A stretch of 64,000 bases of DNA, taken from assembly GCF_963921235.1 (NCBI RefSeq), contig NC_086109.1, forward strand, positions 12,276,001 to 12,340,000, in the 5' to 3' direction. A model generated the notes under the pieces. That model searched no databases. It saw nothing but the letters and a program-made list of their open reading frames with translations, and was not told where the DNA came from. The translations under genes were made by a program, and so were the position numbers. Of this stretch, positions 60,836 through 64,000 are shown piece after piece (positions within the stretch are counted from its first letter, which is position 1; each line of letters starts with the position of its first letter). Source of the DNA: Mobula hypostoma (Eukaryota).

Positions 60836-63069
60836 GGTGGACACTATGATCAGCATGGACAATCCATGCTGTATTGCTCTGTAACGCTACGAGGTTGTTG
60901 TGAGTGCTGAACTGAGCCATATGGAAACCGAAAGTGTGAGATACAGAAGAACTTTCTTCAGCACAGTGGATCTAGAGAATCTATTTCTGCTCTCTCCTCA
61001 CAGAACAGTACAGTGATGTTTTATACTTTGTGAACAAAAAGACAACAATCACTGATTCACTGCATTTTAATAGCTATTGTTATCTAACCCTTAACTTTAA
61101 TTTTTGCAGAATTGCATATTTACAATGGGAGAACATCCCAAATGAACAGCACATCTGAATTTTGATAGACTAGCGGCTGATAACCCTTAGACTATCAGTG
61201 GATTACACTGTATTTCAGGAAGCTTGGTTTCCATGTTTAATTAATATTAATTATCTATATAATTTCAATACTCCAGAATAATACAGGGCAGTGAAGAAAA
61301 TGATTAATGAGGGGCGTGCAGTGGATGCTGTGGACATGGTCTTTTGTAAAGCATTTGACATGGTCCCTCATATGATGCTGGTCCACAAAGTTAAGTCACA
61401 CCAGATCCATAGTGAGTTTCTCAGTTAGAAACTAAGTTGGCATGTTGATAAGCAACTGAGGTCAGTGGTGGAGGGCTGATTATCTGACTCGAGGCCTGTA
61501 AGCAGTGGAGCTCTGCAAGGTTCAGTGTTCGGACCTCTGTTGCTTGTAATAGATATCAATGAGTTGCATGCTACATGGAGAGCTTGGACAAAGTTGGAGT
61601 GTCAGCGCCTGAGGGGCGACCTATTAGAAGAGTGTAAAATTATGGAAGACATTGACAGGGGAGACAGTCTTAGTTCCCTGTGTAAAAGTATAAAATATTA
61701 AGAGACATGCATTTATGGTGACCAGGAGAAATCCTTGAAAGAGATGTGGCAGTCATTTTTTTATACAGGGGCAATAAGTGATGCCTGGAATGGTCTACCA
61801 AGGGACGTGGTGGAAGCAGATACAATAGCAACATTGAAAAGATATTTAACCAGACACATGGACAGGTAGGAACATGTGCAGGCAGATGGGATTAGTTAGA
61901 TAGGAATAATGGTCAGTACAGACAGGGTGAGCCAAAGGGCCTTTCCCTGTGTTATACCCTGATATGATCTATGTTCTATATTCTTTGTTTCGCTTAAATT
62001 GCCTCTGAAGTTGAGAGAGTAGATTTTCAGTCAGCCTCATACAGCAATCTTTCTTAATATATAAAAACTCAAAGTCCCAAGAATCTTTCTGGGAAAACTT
62101 TGCTGTAACTCAGTCCATTGTAAATATATGCAACATACATCGAAGTTGCTGGTGAACGCAGCAGGCCAAGCAGCATCTGTAGGAAGAGTTACAGTCGACG
62201 GTTCAGGCCGAGACCCTGCATCAGGACTAACTGAAGGAAGAGTGAGTAAGGGATTTGAAAAAGGGATTGTAAATATATCCTTCCTTATATGGAAAAAAAC
62301 AGAGCCATACAAAATGGTCCAGATGCAGTCTTAGTAAAGCTCTATATACTCGGAACATGATAATCACTCTGTTAGTATTTAAATACCTGAAGGATATTAT
62401 GATTGAGGAGCGGGTGGTGGGAGTGGGGTGTCAGAGTGGATATTGTAGAAGTCAGAGTAAGAGGCAAGAGCATTTTGACATTCGAAGATATGATCTAGTC
62501 TCTAAGAGGATCACAACCTTGTCGTGGTTTGAAGATTTGTGTGCCTCAATGACTCAAAGAGTTAATTTGGCTGGATTCAAGGCATTATGACTTGGCTCTT
62601 GGTAGGGACACCCTTGCCACACAGTTCAAAGGGTAGAGGCCAGACTAAGAGTGGTCCATTGGTCCTCCAGGTTCAGAGTTCAGCAGTTCAGCCCAGGGCT
62701 AACAACCCTGATAGGTAAAATAAAACTGTTGTGGTAACAGCAATAAGGAATCATTTTACATCCGAGTGTGATGCTATTCTTGAGCTTCAACTCACGACTT
62801 GCACGATTAACAGTAGTGAAAACTGAAAGGATGCTAATGACATGATGAAGGGAGCCCTGAACACCAGCAGAAATGGAGGACCTTCTTTGCAGCCCCAAAC
62901 GCCAGCGGTGTAACAGGCAGTAACACAGCGATGATCTGGACTTAGACCCTTACTGCCATTTGGTTATACTTGCTGATGAAGGAGAACTGGAAAGCTGGGT
63001 GTGTGGAAGAAGCATCTCAGAATCAGCTTGACAAAGTAATTATGTGGCTAGATTAAGGCAGAAGAGTTA

Positions 63070-63310
63070 CACTCAGTGACCACTTTTTTGGCTACACCTG
63101 TACACCTGCTTGTTAATTCGAATACCTAATCAGCCAAGCATGTGGCAGCAAATCAGTGTATAAAAGCATGCAGGTCTGGTCAAGAGGTTCAGTTGTTCAG
63201 ACGAAAGACTGGAATTGAGAAAAAATGTGACATAAGCAATTAACAAAAAGCATCCAGTGAGCGGCAGTTCTGTGCGTGCAAATGCCTTGTTAATGAGAGA
63301 GGTCAGATGT
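63070..63310 (+). mobile_element. Tc1/mariner 5' fragment
   Basis: TIR cactcagtgaccacttt matching the 3096 MITE. No second TIR. Confidence 0.6.
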
Positions 63311-63536
63311 ATTGGAAACCACTGCCTTTTTAAAATAATACTTTTTATAAGGTTTGTACTTTTTAACAAACTCATGTACTTTTCACAGTACATGCTGGTT
63401 TATCCCCACTTACTGGCAAAAAGTGGTATAGCAGTTAAACTGATAATTTATCAGCTTTCTCACTTTTCATTGGCTAAATTTTAGGTCATTACTTACATGA
63501 GGTAATTGTTTTAGTGATGAAGCCTATTAACTAGTT

Positions 63537-64000
63537 ACATGGAACATAGAACATAGAACATAGAATAGCACGGTACAGCCCCTTCGGCCCACAATGTTGT
63601 GCCGATCCTCAAACCCTGCCTCCCATATAAGCCCCCACCTTAAATTCCTCCATATACCTGTCTAGTAGTCTCTTAAACTTCACTAGTGTATCTGCCTCCA
63701 CCACTGACTCAGGCAGTGCATTTCACGCACCAACCACTCTCTGAGTAAAAAACCTTCCTCTAATATCCCCCTTGAGCTTCCCACCCTTTACCTTAAAGCC
63801 ATGTCCTCTTGTATTGAGCAATGGTGCTCTGGGGAAGAGGCGCTGGCTATCCACTCTATCTATTCCTCTTATTATCTTGTACACCTCTATCATGTCTCCT
63901 CTCTCCAAAGAGTAAAGCCCTAGCTCCCTTAATCTCTGATCATAATGCATACTCTCTAAACCAGGCAGCATCCTGGTAAATCTCCTCTGTACCCTTTCCA
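63537..64000 (-). mobile_element. Young CR1 3' fragment running off the window
   Basis: LPGLESMHYDQRLRELGLYSLE and (ttctatg)n tail. Confidence 0.95.

Noticed and set aside
60994-61160. Plus-strand acceptor-like sites (ctctcctcacag, tttttgcag) with short open frames
   Set aside because: No donor, no homology and no motif. Expected by chance in AT-rich DNA.

Overview
Eukaryotic, repeat-saturated genomic DNA. The CR1, Rex1, RTE, Penelope, Tc1 and LTR families and the receptor sequence point to a cartilaginous fish, probably a ray (inference). No prokaryotic genes, rRNA/tRNA genes or CRISPR arrays were found, and most six-frame ORFs are retroelement remnants or their antisense shadows. The only clearly recognisable host gene is a CD300/pIgR (CMRF35-like) Ig-superfamily receptor on the minus strand. 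It has a leader exon (5815-5851), an intact V-set exon (3520-3834) and a second V exon that runs off the window edge (1-175). A dead paralogous V exon lies at 46793-47093. Between them is a nested segmental-duplication array (about 6.8-24.4 kb and 38.0-46.4 kb). Its units carry a candidate terminal exon with a conserved S-L-Y-K-x-L (ITIM-like) motif plus AATAAA, consistent with birth-and-death evolution of an immune-receptor cluster. Mechanistically notable items are Penelope-type minimal hammerhead ribozymes, a twin-primed (5'-inverted) RTE insertion with intact TSDs, a 109-bp fold-back duplication inside a HERO retrotransposon, tandem-acceptor rescue of the V exon, and a short templated insertion. 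I see no firm evidence for a wholly new gene system. All alignments were done by eye, and repeat boundaries are approximate unless a TSD is quoted.
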